Below, piece after piece: positions 29,601-37,954 of a stretch of DNA of 64,000 bases. Within the stretch, counting starts at the first letter, position 1, and every line of letters begins with the position of its first letter. The notes beneath the pieces were generated by a model. It was given only the letters and a program-made list of their open reading frames with translations. It ran no database searches and was not told the DNA's origin. The translations under genes were made by a program, and so were the position numbers. Source of the stretch: a virus; IMG/VR virus record IMGVR_UViG_3300011980_000002, positions 159,033 through 223,032 of that record. One strand, written 5' to 3'.

Positions 29601-32600
29601 AAATACTTAGAACCTTTAAGGGTGATAAAAACTTTGCAAGAACTATTGGACAAAAACAGTTAGCAAATGCTGGAGAAGAAACCGCAAATTCTTTCTGGAG
29701 AAAGAGCGTAGGTTTAGGAGACGATTTAGGTGAAGCTGGTGCTAAACTTGGACAAACATTCGGAGATGATGGTTTAGAGCTAGCCGCTAAAGCTGGTTCA
29801 TTCTCAGATGATGCTGCAAGAGCTGCCGGAAAAGCTGGTAAAGGATTTACTGATGATGCTTTAAGAGTTGCATCTAAATCTATAGGAAGTTTGATGGATG
29901 AATTCTGGAAAGTTGCAGCTAAAGTTGGTGGAAAGATTGGTAGTAAAATGCCATCTTTTGTAGATGACATACTTAGAGCAATTGGAAAGAAATTCGCATA
30001 CTTTACAGCTAAACTTGCTGCAATTATGGGTAAGACTGCTGCATTAGCAGCTACAGTTGTAGGTTATTTAGCAGACCAAACATTATGGATTACTGTTGGT
30101 GCAGTCGATGGTTTAACAGGTGCTGCTAGACTATTCCAGATAGATAGACCTGACTGGATAATGGTTGCATTATCTGGTGCTATAGGTGCATTTAAAGGAA
30201 GTACAGTTGGTTCTATACTTGACTTAATAAATGAAATAGTTCATAGTGTATTAGGGCTAGATATGTTCCATGAACTTGCTTCTTGGGTTTATGGATTTTT
30301 AGCAGGTAATGAGAAATACCAGAATTTACTAAGACAAAAAGAAGAGTTTAAAAATCAATTCTTAGAGGATGATGAGGCTTCTTTAAGAAAGCAATATGAA
30401 GCATATCTTGGAATTACTGGTACTAATGAAAATCAAGTATCATTTGAGAAATTCATGGAGCATGTTAATAAAGGTGATATCAAAGTTAAGACTGAATCTT
30501 TTGCAGATTACAATGAAAGAAAACATGCTTCAGTTTTAGGTCATTTAGGAAGAGGTACTGTTAATGCAATCAATGCTACGGGAAACTTCTTAGTAGGAAC
30601 AGATAGCCAATCATGGAGAGACCAAATGGGTAATACATGGGTGGTTAAAGATGATCGAAAAGGAATAGCTCAAGTTTACAGTAAAGATGGACAGATGCTC
30701 GGTGAGATGAGTGCTGAGAATATTGATAAAGAAAACTGGAAGTATAACGGTAAACAAGAAGGTAGAGGTGCTGTCGATGTTATTGGAGATGGTATTACTA
30801 CTGCTACGAACGCTATAGGAGATGCGTACAACACTGTAAGAGCTAATCCATTTGGACGAGCTTCTGTTGCTGCACTAACTATGGGCACAAGTGAACTCTG
30901 GGATTTTGCAAGTAACCCTGCTCAATATATGTCAGGTATGGGAAAAACCATGGGACAAGGAGCTGGTGCATTATGGGGCGGTATGAAAGCTGCTGGTAAA
31001 GGTATTTCTGATTTTGCAGGAGCGGCATGGAATGGTATAGGTGCCGCTGGTGATAAATTAGGTGAATTCTTTGCTCCTATAGGAAAGGGATTTAATAATG
31101 TACTTAAAAACTTATTCGCACCATTGATTGGAGAAGTAAAGCTATTTAGTAGTGATTTCTTAATGAGAAATGCTAAAGTTCCTGAAGCATATGCTAAAGC
31201 TGGTGACATTAGTGGTTTATGGTCAAGCTTAGATGCAGGTATGGAAGGTGGCTACAATCAAGATAGTGATGATGCATCTCTAATAAGAGGTGTTGGTGGA
31301 GCTGTTAGTAGAATTGCAGGATTTTTCTCAAGAATATATTACACATTTCCAGCAGCGTTTAGTGCTCTAGGAAATTGGTGGGATGATACTGTAACTAAAC
31401 CATTTAGAGAATTTTCAAGTAACGCTCAACCTAGAATAGATAGTATAAAAAGTCAGATAGACGCTGCTGCTGCTGCCGGTGATATTGCTAGTATAGCTAG
31501 TGGCGTTGGTGTTGGTCGTGGACCAACATTAGGTGGTTCAGGTATGCTTGAAGATTTGTATGTGAATGTTATGACATTTTTACCATATATTGGCGGTACA
31601 TTTAAAGCAGGATTTAATGCTGTTGGAAAATGGTGGAACGATAATGTTGCACAACCATTTATAAATTTTGGATTAGAATTACAACCACATTATGTTTCTA
31701 TCGCTGAGAAAATAACTGAAGCAGCTTCTAATGGTGATATAGGTGCAGTTTGGAGTGCTGAAGATACAGCCGAAGGTGAACTTAGTTCATTTCAATCAAC
31801 TGTACTCGGTGCAATGTCTATTGGACCAAAAATTGGTGGTACATTTGTAGCAGGATTTAATGCTGTTGGAAAATGGTGGAATAACGCTATAGTTAAACCA
31901 TTCAAAGAATTTGCTGATAATGCTCAACCTACTATAGATGAAGTTAATGATAAAATGTGGGCTGCCGCTGCTGCCGGTGATACAGAGGCTGTTGGCGAAG
32001 CTCAAAGAATTAATACTGGTAGCCCTTTAATGAATTTGTATGTCAGTGCAATGACAATGTTTCCATGGATGGGTGCAAGTATGAAAGCCGGAGTTGTTAA
32101 GATTGGTAATATATTCTCAGAGTTCTTTAACAATGAAGGTGAGTCTATTAAGAATATGGGTAACAGTATGGCTTCATACTGGAAGACCTTGAATGGGAAA
32201 TTTGACGGGGAAGGATATCAGAAAATATCTGTCGGTGAGTTATTTACATTTGGAAAGAATTCATCTATTTCAAATACTATAGTAGGAGCCTTAACCGGTA
32301 TATTTGGAACTGTTTGGTATGTTATTAGAGCTGCTGTTGAAGAAGTTGGTGGTTTTTTCAAAAATGCTTGGGATGTGATAACTGCACCATTTAAATGGAT
32401 TGGTGATAAAGTAAAAGAACTATCAAAAGATACAGAGACTACTAAGCAATCATGGAATGATATAGTTAATAACCAAAATGTATCATCATCAACTACAACA
32501 TCCAATTATAGTAAGCGTGAATCAGCATATCTTAATAGTAATATGTGGGCTAATATGACAGATGAACAAATACGAGCAAAGGTTAAAGAACTAAATAAGA

Positions 32601-35600
32601 CTATAGGATATGATTCATATAACGCAGATGAAATAATTGCTAGCCGAAATAAAAAGAAAGAGAATAACTACTCATCTTATAGTAATACAACTATCGGTGT
32701 AGATTCTAGTGGAAATATTACTACTAAACAATCTAACGGTGGTAAAGGTGGTGGAAAGGGTGGTAAAGATATTAGTTTACCATACTTCTCACAAAAAGAC
32801 CCAAGATGGGGTAATAAGAAATACGGTAATGAAAAAATGTCAGACGCTGGTTGTGGACCTAATGTTATGGCTTCTGTAGCATCTGGTTTAGGTGGTGCAA
32901 GAGGTGGTTCAGTATCACCGATGGAAATGGCAGATTACGCTAAGGAAAAAGGATATAGAGATAGTACTGGTACTAACTGGAACTTCGTAGATGGTGCTAT
33001 TAAGGATTATGGTTTAAGTGGAACCAAACAATGGAATCCTAATGCAAGATTTATCCATGACGAAGTTAAGAAAGGTAATCCCGTTGTACTTAGTGGATAT
33101 TCACAAGGACCTTTTGACCCATATACAAGAGAAGGACATTATGTTGTTGCTACTGGAGTAGATAATAAAGGTAGAGTTACAATTAATGACCCTAGAGGTA
33201 GAGAATACTCTGGTAAGTTTGACATAAATAATGTCGCAAACTCCACAGCAGTTGGTTGGGGAGTAAGACCTGGGGGTAAAGGTGGTGGTTACGGTAGAGG
33301 TAACTTTAAAAGAGGTAAAGACGGTAAGTTTGACTACAAAGTTACACAAACCGGTACAACCACAGGTTTACAATATAAATCAGTAAAAGAATCTGCTATT
33401 GGTATACATAAAGACACATGGTTAGATAATAAAACTAATAAAGAATTAAAGTATTCACCAAATAGTACATACCGTGCACTGAATGGTAGATTACCAAGAA
33501 GTATTGTAGGTAAAGGTGAAACATTCGATATCGACCAAAGTGTAATTGAGCAGGAGAAAAATCAAGCTCTTAAAAATAAACTACACTTGTCTGAAAGAGC
33601 AATGTATAGAAAAGCGAATGAAGCATATAAGAATGAAGCTGAAAGAAAACTTGGTGCACGAGAAGGTAGATTATTTGGTGGACCACTATATCAATTATAT
33701 GCGTTAGATGAGGCAAAATCTCAATATGCACTAAATCCCAAATTCCAAAGTGCTGCTAAGTTTAAACCTATAGACACGTCTGACCCAGGTTGGATGTTTA
33801 AGAAAGGTAGTGGTGCTGTATTAGGTGAGATGATAAACTCCTCTATGGGATTAAGTAGTAATAGTACATTATGGTCAAATGACAGTAATTCTTCAAGTAG
33901 TAGCGACTCATCAGGTGGTTCATACGATAGCTCCGGTGGAGACTGGGGTGGTGGAGATTACTCTGGTGGAAGTTACGATTCAGGCGGTTCATATGATTCC
34001 GGTGGTGTTTCAGATAGTGGTGGTGGAACTCCTACTATACAAGAAATATCAGTTACAAAAGGTGGTACTTGGTCATCTGATATAGAGACATATGCAAGAC
34101 AGGTTCTTTGTTCATCCATGTTACACTTACAAGGTAAATTAAGATATTCTCAAGGTGGAGATAGAAGTCAGGTTATGGATGGTTTCACCAAAGGACATGG
34201 AGTCGGAGACTGTTCATCTACAATATCTATACTTCATAAATATATATGTGGATTAAGTATTGGTGATTGGTCAGGTGCCATAAGATCTTCTAATGTAGGT
34301 TTAGTTGTTGATAGTAATACTGGTGGTGTTCCTGATGAATCTAAACTACTCCCTGGTGATGTTATATGTTATAACAACCATGTAGAGATGTATTTAGGTA
34401 ATGATCAATGTATCGGTCACGGTGCTGGTATGGGACCTAAACTTAAACAAATGAAGAGTTATACAGAATCAAGAAATGCTAGAGGTTCTGGAAAGAAATA
34501 TATATGTACTAAGAGATTCGTACATGATGGAAATGTTACACAAGTTAATGTACCACCTGGAGTTACTCCAGATGCTAAATATGCTGTACCTGGAACAAGT
34601 TCAGGTGGAAGTAATGGTAAATCTGGTGGAGTGGGTTCATCAGGTGGTGGATTATTTGGTAATATAATGCAGCAATTCTCTACATTCATTGGAGATATTG
34701 GAAATAATGCAATGGAATTTTTCCTCACTGGAAAATGGGGAGATAAGTATACATTTGGTGGCGGACCCGCAGACCAAAACTCTTCAGATAGTGCAAATTC
34801 ACCATCAATATCTGAAGGTAGTGGAACTCCAGATAATTATACTGGAGATGTCGACTATATAGGTAGATATATAAAACCATTTGAGTCAGGTAAGGAAGGT
34901 TCATCCAAGATATCATCTGGTAAGGGAGACTCAATTGGCGGTCCGTCATTTGGTACATTCCAATTCCCTTCATATTGGGAAACTACTGCTGGTAGTAAAG
35001 CTGGAAAGCTTAGAAAATTCTGGGAACCATATGCTTCTAAATACCCAGGAGTTCAACCTGGTAATAATGATGCATTCAAAAAAGCATGGAAAGAAGCATC
35101 TGTTAAAGAACAACCAGGCTTCTTAAAAAGAGAGGTTGAAGTAAATGGACAGATGACACTTGCCCCTAATCTAAATAAGATGAGGAGTGTTTTTGGTGAT
35201 ATTGATGTTGATAGAGCTTTACAGGAAGCTATATATTCATCAATCAATATATATGGTAGTGCTAGTAGAACTCTTGATTCATTTAATCAAGCAGGTGTAC
35301 CAAATTCATCCGTTTATAAACAAAATCCAAAAGAGGCTCTCAAGAAGTTCTACCAAGCTAAATATGATAGAATTCCTATAAACTTTAAATCATCTCCAGG
35401 TTCATGGAAAGGTATAAGAAATAGATTTAGTAAAGAGGAACCTGCTATAGTAATTCCTCTAGTTGGGCAAAAACCTTTACCTGCATGGGATAAAACTGTA
35501 CCAACTGGTGGTGGAAAAGGTGGTTCGGATGACCCATTCGTAGAATTAGGTAGACTCTCAGATGGAGCTGATATAACCAAACAAGATTTCAAAGTCAATA

Positions 35601-35989
35601 CTGGTGGTAAATACGCTAGAAAGATTGGTGGTGGAAGAGGTTATGAAAGAAGATATGCTTCTGTAAGAAGATCTATGAATAGTAAAGGTTATTTCACTAA
35701 ACCAGTTTCTGGTGGTGGAAGAGGTGGTTCTAATGATGCTATGTTAGAACTATTAGCTATCATGATAAATAGATTAACTGACATTGCTAATTCATCTGCA
35801 AGTTCAGATGCTAAGTTAACAATGCTTAAAGATTTACATGGTAATACTAATGTAGTTAGTACCAATATAAATGGTGCGGGTAATAATGGGAAAACTAATG
35901 TAATAGTTACTAAAGAAAATAGTCCACAATTATTACCAATACAATCAAGAGCATCTAAAACTGCTGAAAGAATTGCCAGAGGTTATTAA
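23663..35989 (+). CDS. Giant virion/tail protein (4108 aa): tape-measure-like core fused to three peptidoglycan-hydrolase-type domains
   Basis: Single uninterrupted ORF with SD AAAGGGGGA and an AACA-N6-TA motif at 23601. Contains Gly-zipper hydrophobic segments, charged coiled-coil stretches and the tape-measure-type motif VVGEEGPELV. It also has a C39-like domain, an NlpC/P60-like domain and a lysozyme-like domain (listed separately). Confidence 0.85.
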   Translation: MARNRNGSILKSFSNNIRSKSKQISTPWLKNAMKGIGAAAKDTLKDIAPVLYDASTTAGKASKDAITLLRGNTNATAMNKLISKNIYVRTARDMIKWTMEDLRSGKLFNEDRVTDILMGGDGSGSAMSDPDSMFSDWDMDDDGSSGNVIINNNSDSSNAGFALAVNEGLRESTMAQLKGQQAMVDTMVAISGSQILQNQEIGNQIITQLTNVNNNLIAINEFNKTTMTSFVTTVTAYMEKMGKKADEYDSSEEKFDPASIFSGGFNLGNYGKHIKKNVKTAFENSDIGFVHSLVSDPETLKLITANPLGALTTLTMKAMTPKLMKKTMSQIDEAVAGFMPSLLMRIGELSESRELGWKGKLKRWIGDVFGLQNVSNTDRNKLNPTKNITKDAAVFDGITRHTIVEIIPKYLSESVSYLKELVHVNGGNVGRAMGSREIFDFNKGRFSTVAKSRRDLYEQIRSSGTDVIASGKLGRHIESNSGAAYTDKDGKYDNKALEQWNDMVTKFYDQLERMNKMIDMTNFSEDGDIMKAIKGTGYGGKMAEFLKQLMIEASKDTSITTTANSDFQRARYSRKATIKDMNENPDYYNLSAVANLSEDIDQTMDRVFGGVFGNPNEIKQSGSMVKTLSDIRYILNRGINVRITGHGPYQTFTGQETNISSITRENAPQRNTSPQSSQNDEDKAGPTKLEEMSTEEMINHVAENGTLYNDDTKTTKKVKDIMHALLFGNASMAFSGVADIFISKINGVIDVIDKDFFQPMKASLFGTKDEQGYSRNGVFSGMQQQFTDYYRSIVRQFNGKGYTDSKGQKHEDITDPSKSVVGQIKATVSDIKETVVDYVLGPKDSETGKREKGMGLVNIFRDGIEGWGKAIFGETEDGKPKFDAEKFKKEVSERMPSAVTGALGGAVLGSMTSGSLLGWLVGGPVTGSILGLATGFASKSKKFQQFLFGEKDEEGNIVRDSGIINKKMQDWFKKNKVPIIGGAAVGAAKSVLLGNGFLTGMVGNIIGGPLAGALLGSIGGIALRSEAFKTFLFGDMDKVDAHGNRGWHKGIIPMFKGIFKKNDGTTDEGKSMLGMAGIGAGVGYLSAAVIGKMGFLGAMATPFGPIGGAIAGLALSIKASQGGFREWLFGKENEDGTKSAGILGRFANMLNAELLTPFKQGAMEFALDTRDFLIDKIMAPIEFAIEPFANAMKDLGDKIKKTFEKVGNFIVDSIKEHMIKPITETIGKYILSPIRKTFGILFKLTTGIIKSIVAAPFSAIGMMANYGEYKERKRSRRMAIDDVYEEQGLLGGLIHQGKVMLNYGGAREAANYKHHRYSDWGERKKRYEADRLRRAEERKTQKEEGRRNVRNRILMARYSGGELLEDSEENRARLEEMLKNSPRKRKLFGLLADKPNFKGAATEENRSTKLDNSNIIKNADSPGSPVDERQLGTQLSILDLLRKIFGLNKDNKKLKGSRKFTGGRRTTTEDGENPESQTDEEVINDEDENRPAHKSLFQRLREYNYGNLNPFKRFFGDKADKGDRPRIRYYAEGGDHKEDGMAVVGEEGPELVRLARGSRIFGGRKPLPVTVVDMNSKAVSKFKVATAPKISEEAGVTVTRRSLIDKQREEDKSDYQKQKDAGKLENIEKRKLEEEKLNMERENHDNIKATRETQEKFSLGWGKIFSKKGIITAGFMILLPLLIKWLMGKGGDGGGISGPDIGKQVLNDLSFGQDHLQDGKSTPEMIKETMDDTKHLFKGDIWKWVTSDGGWDHESGAKLNALGHIPVALGGLLRPFLKTGTKQNKAVMNFINGFKNSKFLGFGKRQLGRAGSAIGSGAGRFGTRALEYMDEAGAGINLAVNMRAANPGSRMKDVLKDMKLIKQGEGSYREALETMKTFQNSGYGSMDEALGMMGYGGEGYKVLGKGSGVGDDIVRNTRRVIGPNAAKTGGLRETMMRQKEMARLAKNETSVGNKYLASLADDGDELAKLLGDTSGATNSEILRTFKGDKNFARTIGQKQLANAGEETANSFWRKSVGLGDDLGEAGAKLGQTFGDDGLELAAKAGSFSDDAARAAGKAGKGFTDDALRVASKSIGSLMDEFWKVAAKVGGKIGSKMPSFVDDILRAIGKKFAYFTAKLAAIMGKTAALAATVVGYLADQTLWITVGAVDGLTGAARLFQIDRPDWIMVALSGAIGAFKGSTVGSILDLINEIVHSVLGLDMFHELASWVYGFLAGNEKYQNLLRQKEEFKNQFLEDDEASLRKQYEAYLGITGTNENQVSFEKFMEHVNKGDIKVKTESFADYNERKHASVLGHLGRGTVNAINATGNFLVGTDSQSWRDQMGNTWVVKDDRKGIAQVYSKDGQMLGEMSAENIDKENWKYNGKQEGRGAVDVIGDGITTATNAIGDAYNTVRANPFGRASVAALTMGTSELWDFASNPAQYMSGMGKTMGQGAGALWGGMKAAGKGISDFAGAAWNGIGAAGDKLGEFFAPIGKGFNNVLKNLFAPLIGEVKLFSSDFLMRNAKVPEAYAKAGDISGLWSSLDAGMEGGYNQDSDDASLIRGVGGAVSRIAGFFSRIYYTFPAAFSALGNWWDDTVTKPFREFSSNAQPRIDSIKSQIDAAAAAGDIASIASGVGVGRGPTLGGSGMLEDLYVNVMTFLPYIGGTFKAGFNAVGKWWNDNVAQPFINFGLELQPHYVSIAEKITEAASNGDIGAVWSAEDTAEGELSSFQSTVLGAMSIGPKIGGTFVAGFNAVGKWWNNAIVKPFKEFADNAQPTIDEVNDKMWAAAAAGDTEAVGEAQRINTGSPLMNLYVSAMTMFPWMGASMKAGVVKIGNIFSEFFNNEGESIKNMGNSMASYWKTLNGKFDGEGYQKISVGELFTFGKNSSISNTIVGALTGIFGTVWYVIRAAVEEVGGFFKNAWDVITAPFKWIGDKVKELSKDTETTKQSWNDIVNNQNVSSSTTTSNYSKRESAYLNSNMWANMTDEQIRAKVKELNKTIGYDSYNADEIIASRNKKKENNYSSYSNTTIGVDSSGNITTKQSNGGKGGGKGGKDISLPYFSQKDPRWGNKKYGNEKMSDAGCGPNVMASVASGLGGARGGSVSPMEMADYAKEKGYRDSTGTNWNFVDGAIKDYGLSGTKQWNPNARFIHDEVKKGNPVVLSGYSQGPFDPYTREGHYVVATGVDNKGRVTINDPRGREYSGKFDINNVANSTAVGWGVRPGGKGGGYGRGNFKRGKDGKFDYKVTQTGTTTGLQYKSVKESAIGIHKDTWLDNKTNKELKYSPNSTYRALNGRLPRSIVGKGETFDIDQSVIEQEKNQALKNKLHLSERAMYRKANEAYKNEAERKLGAREGRLFGGPLYQLYALDEAKSQYALNPKFQSAAKFKPIDTSDPGWMFKKGSGAVLGEMINSSMGLSSNSTLWSNDSNSSSSSDSSGGSYDSSGGDWGGGDYSGGSYDSGGSYDSGGVSDSGGGTPTIQEISVTKGGTWSSDIETYARQVLCSSMLHLQGKLRYSQGGDRSQVMDGFTKGHGVGDCSSTISILHKYICGLSIGDWSGAIRSSNVGLVVDSNTGGVPDESKLLPGDVICYNNHVEMYLGNDQCIGHGAGMGPKLKQMKSYTESRNARGSGKKYICTKRFVHDGNVTQVNVPPGVTPDAKYAVPGTSSGGSNGKSGGVGSSGGGLFGNIMQQFSTFIGDIGNNAMEFFLTGKWGDKYTFGGGPADQNSSDSANSPSISEGSGTPDNYTGDVDYIGRYIKPFESGKEGSSKISSGKGDSIGGPSFGTFQFPSYWETTAGSKAGKLRKFWEPYASKYPGVQPGNNDAFKKAWKEASVKEQPGFLKREVEVNGQMTLAPNLNKMRSVFGDIDVDRALQEAIYSSINIYGSASRTLDSFNQAGVPNSSVYKQNPKEALKKFYQAKYDRIPINFKSSPGSWKGIRNRFSKEEPAIVIPLVGQKPLPAWDKTVPTGGGKGGSDDPFVELGRLSDGADITKQDFKVNTGGKYARKIGGGRGYERRYASVRRSMNSKGYFTKPVSGGGRGGSNDAMLELLAIMINRLTDIANSSASSDAKLTMLKDLHGNTNVVSTNINGAGNNGKTNVIVTKENSPQLLPIQSRASKTAERIARGY
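28295..28312 (+). other. GEEGPE motif inside giant protein
   Basis: GEEGPELV resembles the G-E-x-G-P-E motif I recall as recurrent in phage tail tape-measure proteins. Confidence 0.5.
31346..32150 (+). repeat. In-frame tandem repeats (81-85 aa period) inside the giant gene
   Basis: FPAAFSALGNWWDDTVTKPFREFSSNAQPRIDSI..AAAAAGDI, GGTFKAGFNAVGKWWNDNVAQPFINFGLELQPHYVSI..AASNGDI and GGTFVAGFNAVGKWWNNAIVKPFKEFADNAQPTIDEV..AAAAGDT. The TGGTGG codons lie at 31376, 31631 and 31874. There is a 31-nt identical block GCAGGATTTAATGCTGTTGGAAAATGGTGGA in copies 2 and 3, plus a degenerate 4th copy. Confidence 0.8.
32775..33200 (+). other. Peptidase C39-like (papain-fold) domain of giant protein
   Basis: LPYFSQKDPRWGNKKYG...MSDAGCGPNVMASVAS ... 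GHYVVATGVDNKGRVTINDPRG shows a Q...CGP...H...D pattern. Confidence 0.6.
34100..34440 (+). other. NlpC/P60-type cysteine peptidase domain of giant protein
   Basis: GVGDCSSTISILHKY ... LLPGDVICYNNHVEMYLGNDQCIGHG matches the G.DCSG ... PGD...... HV.iY.G pattern. Confidence 0.7.
34850..35400 (+). other. Lysozyme / lytic-transglycosylase-like domain of giant protein
   Basis: YIKPFESGKEGSSKISSGKGDSIGGPSFGTFQF has a Glu-Ser ... G-x-x-Q-F arrangement reminiscent of SLT / phage tail lysozyme domains. This is a weaker call. Confidence 0.4.
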
Positions 35990-36007
35990 ATAAAAGAAAT
36001 AAATTAT

Positions 36008-36044
36008 ATAGTGTACTAGAATTAATTCTAGTACACTATTTTTT
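36008..36044 (+). terminator. Intrinsic terminator after the giant gene
   Basis: Perfect 32-nt palindrome ATAGTGTACTAGAATTAATTCTAGTACACTAT followed by T5. Confidence 0.8.
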
Positions 36045-36075
36045 AATTAAATTAAGAAAGGATTTGTGATTAAAT

Positions 36076-37938
36076 ATGGCATATAGTGGAAAAGTCACAA
36101 CTAGCTTAAATGTTAGAAATGGTGCTGGTACATCTAATGGTATTGTAAGAACTCTATCATATGGAAGTACCGTTACAATAACTGAAACACAAAATGTTGG
36201 TGGAGCACTGTGGGGAAAAATAGATGATGGATGGATATGCTTATCATCTGCTGGTGGAACTAAGTATGTACAATATAGTGAAATATCTGGTGAATCTGCA
36301 TCAGGTAATCCATTATTTAAGAAATTAGATACAGCTAATGAAACTAAATTACCATATGCAAAAGAAGCATATATTAGTACATTTAAGACTTTACTGGAAG
36401 GAGATACTAATAGAGGTTATGCTTTTAAAAAAAGTATGAGACTTTATGGATTACCTTACCAGTTTAGACCAGAGGTTGATGTTAGAGTTGATAAGGTGAG
36501 TAAAATAATCGGAAGAAAATTTATTAATAATATAATGAGTAATGCTCCTGTTGTTAGTATAATTCCAGGAATTCCTAAATATCTTCCTAATGCTAAAAGT
36601 AGAAATGATGCGATTGCTAAATCTCAAGCATTTATGAGTGCCGCAACAGGTGCATTTGAAGATTTACAAAATGTATTAACGGCACAAGAACGAGAAGGTG
36701 AACCTGTACAAAGGTATTATGACTTCCAACAAGATTATACTAATTATATGCAGTATGTAAATATTATGTGTAGGACTGCCGCAACATTCTTAGAGTTAAC
36801 TGATAAACTAGATGGTGATAGTTTACAAAGTTATGATTGGCGTAATTACAGATGGGGTTCCCAAAGTAATAAAGGTGCTGCATCTTGGGCTGTTAAACAA
36901 GGTGGAAAAATGGTTAAAGGAGTTATCAATGCAATAAGTGAAGGTGGAGAAGCTTTCGTTAATGCATTAACTGGTAACAAAGCTACAGGTAACTCGCAGC
37001 ATAAGTATAAACATACTACTACTACGAATACACAAGAAGCGGACAGTTTAGTAGACTCATTATTATCAAGAAGTGGATTTATACAATTCTATTGTGATCC
37101 TGATATGGGTGCTACTGAGAGTGCTAGTAATAGTACACAAGACTCAATGTTAAAAGGTGCATTCGATAATGCATCTCAAGGTATGAAAGAATTAGCATTT
37201 CTGATGAACTCTGGTGGTTTGAGTAGTGTGGATAACCTTAATGGACTCCAAGAAGGGGTATCAAAAGGTATTGATAAGATAGGCTCCTTTTTTGGTGGGG
37301 GTAATGGTATAAGTGAGATGTTAAAAAGAATAGCCGATGTAACCTCTAACGTAGTTAAAGGTGAAAATTTAATTATACCACAAATATACAGTGGTAGCTC
37401 ATATGATAGGCGTTATTCACTTACTGTACATCTTAAGTCAATTTACGGTAGTAAATTAGCGTACTATTTGGATGTTTTAGTACCATTATTCCATTTATTA
37501 GCATTAGCACTACCGAAACAAACTTCTGCTAATACATACGGTGCACCATTCTTAGTTAAAGTATTCTGTGATGGAATATTCACCACTAACTTAGGAATAG
37601 TAAGTTCAATATCAGTAAATAAGAATGTTGATCCTGAGGCATGGACAGTAGATGGATTTCCATCTGAAATAGATGTGTCATTAGAAATAACTGATTTATA
37701 TTCAGACTTAACAATGTCACCACAAACTAATATAGAGATGTTTTTAGCAAATTCATCACTAATAGATTATATCGGTACTACTTGTGGATTAAACTTCTTG
37801 GAGCCACAGATAGCTAATAAGATGAAGAATTTTATTACTACAATTAAAAATGCTTTTGGAGATATTCCAGAAAATATCGTGTCTGTATTAAATGATAAAG
37901 TTGATAACCTAGTAGCTCCATGGGTTAGTATATCGTAA
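36076..37938 (+). CDS. Virion-associated protein with N-terminal SH3b domain
   Basis: VTTSLNVRNGAGTSNGIVRTLSYGSTVTITETQNVGGALWGKIDDGWICLS is a typical bacterial SH3_3 pattern. The remaining roughly 550 aa are unrecognised. Lies directly downstream of the tape-measure-like gene. Confidence 0.6.
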   Translation: MAYSGKVTTSLNVRNGAGTSNGIVRTLSYGSTVTITETQNVGGALWGKIDDGWICLSSAGGTKYVQYSEISGESASGNPLFKKLDTANETKLPYAKEAYISTFKTLLEGDTNRGYAFKKSMRLYGLPYQFRPEVDVRVDKVSKIIGRKFINNIMSNAPVVSIIPGIPKYLPNAKSRNDAIAKSQAFMSAATGAFEDLQNVLTAQEREGEPVQRYYDFQQDYTNYMQYVNIMCRTAATFLELTDKLDGDSLQSYDWRNYRWGSQSNKGAASWAVKQGGKMVKGVINAISEGGEAFVNALTGNKATGNSQHKYKHTTTTNTQEADSLVDSLLSRSGFIQFYCDPDMGATESASNSTQDSMLKGAFDNASQGMKELAFLMNSGGLSSVDNLNGLQEGVSKGIDKIGSFFGGGNGISEMLKRIADVTSNVVKGENLIIPQIYSGSSYDRRYSLTVHLKSIYGSKLAYYLDVLVPLFHLLALALPKQTSANTYGAPFLVKVFCDGIFTTNLGIVSSISVNKNVDPEAWTVDGFPSEIDVSLEITDLYSDLTMSPQTNIEMFLANSSLIDYIGTTCGLNFLEPQIANKMKNFITTIKNAFGDIPENIVSVLNDKVDNLVAPWVSIS

Positions 37939-37954
37939 TAAACTATTAATTATT

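Noticed and set aside
23620-35598. Numerous 60-190-aa ORFs antisense to, or out of frame with, the giant gene. Examples: 23620..24195 (-), 26173..26679 (-), 28918..29400 (-), 29473..29970 (-), 33879..34085 (+) and 34881..35126 (+).
   Set aside because: They lie entirely inside a 12.3-kb ORF that has recognisable domains. They have no SD and a low-complexity P/S/L/A-rich composition typical of antisense Gly/Ala-rich coding sequence.
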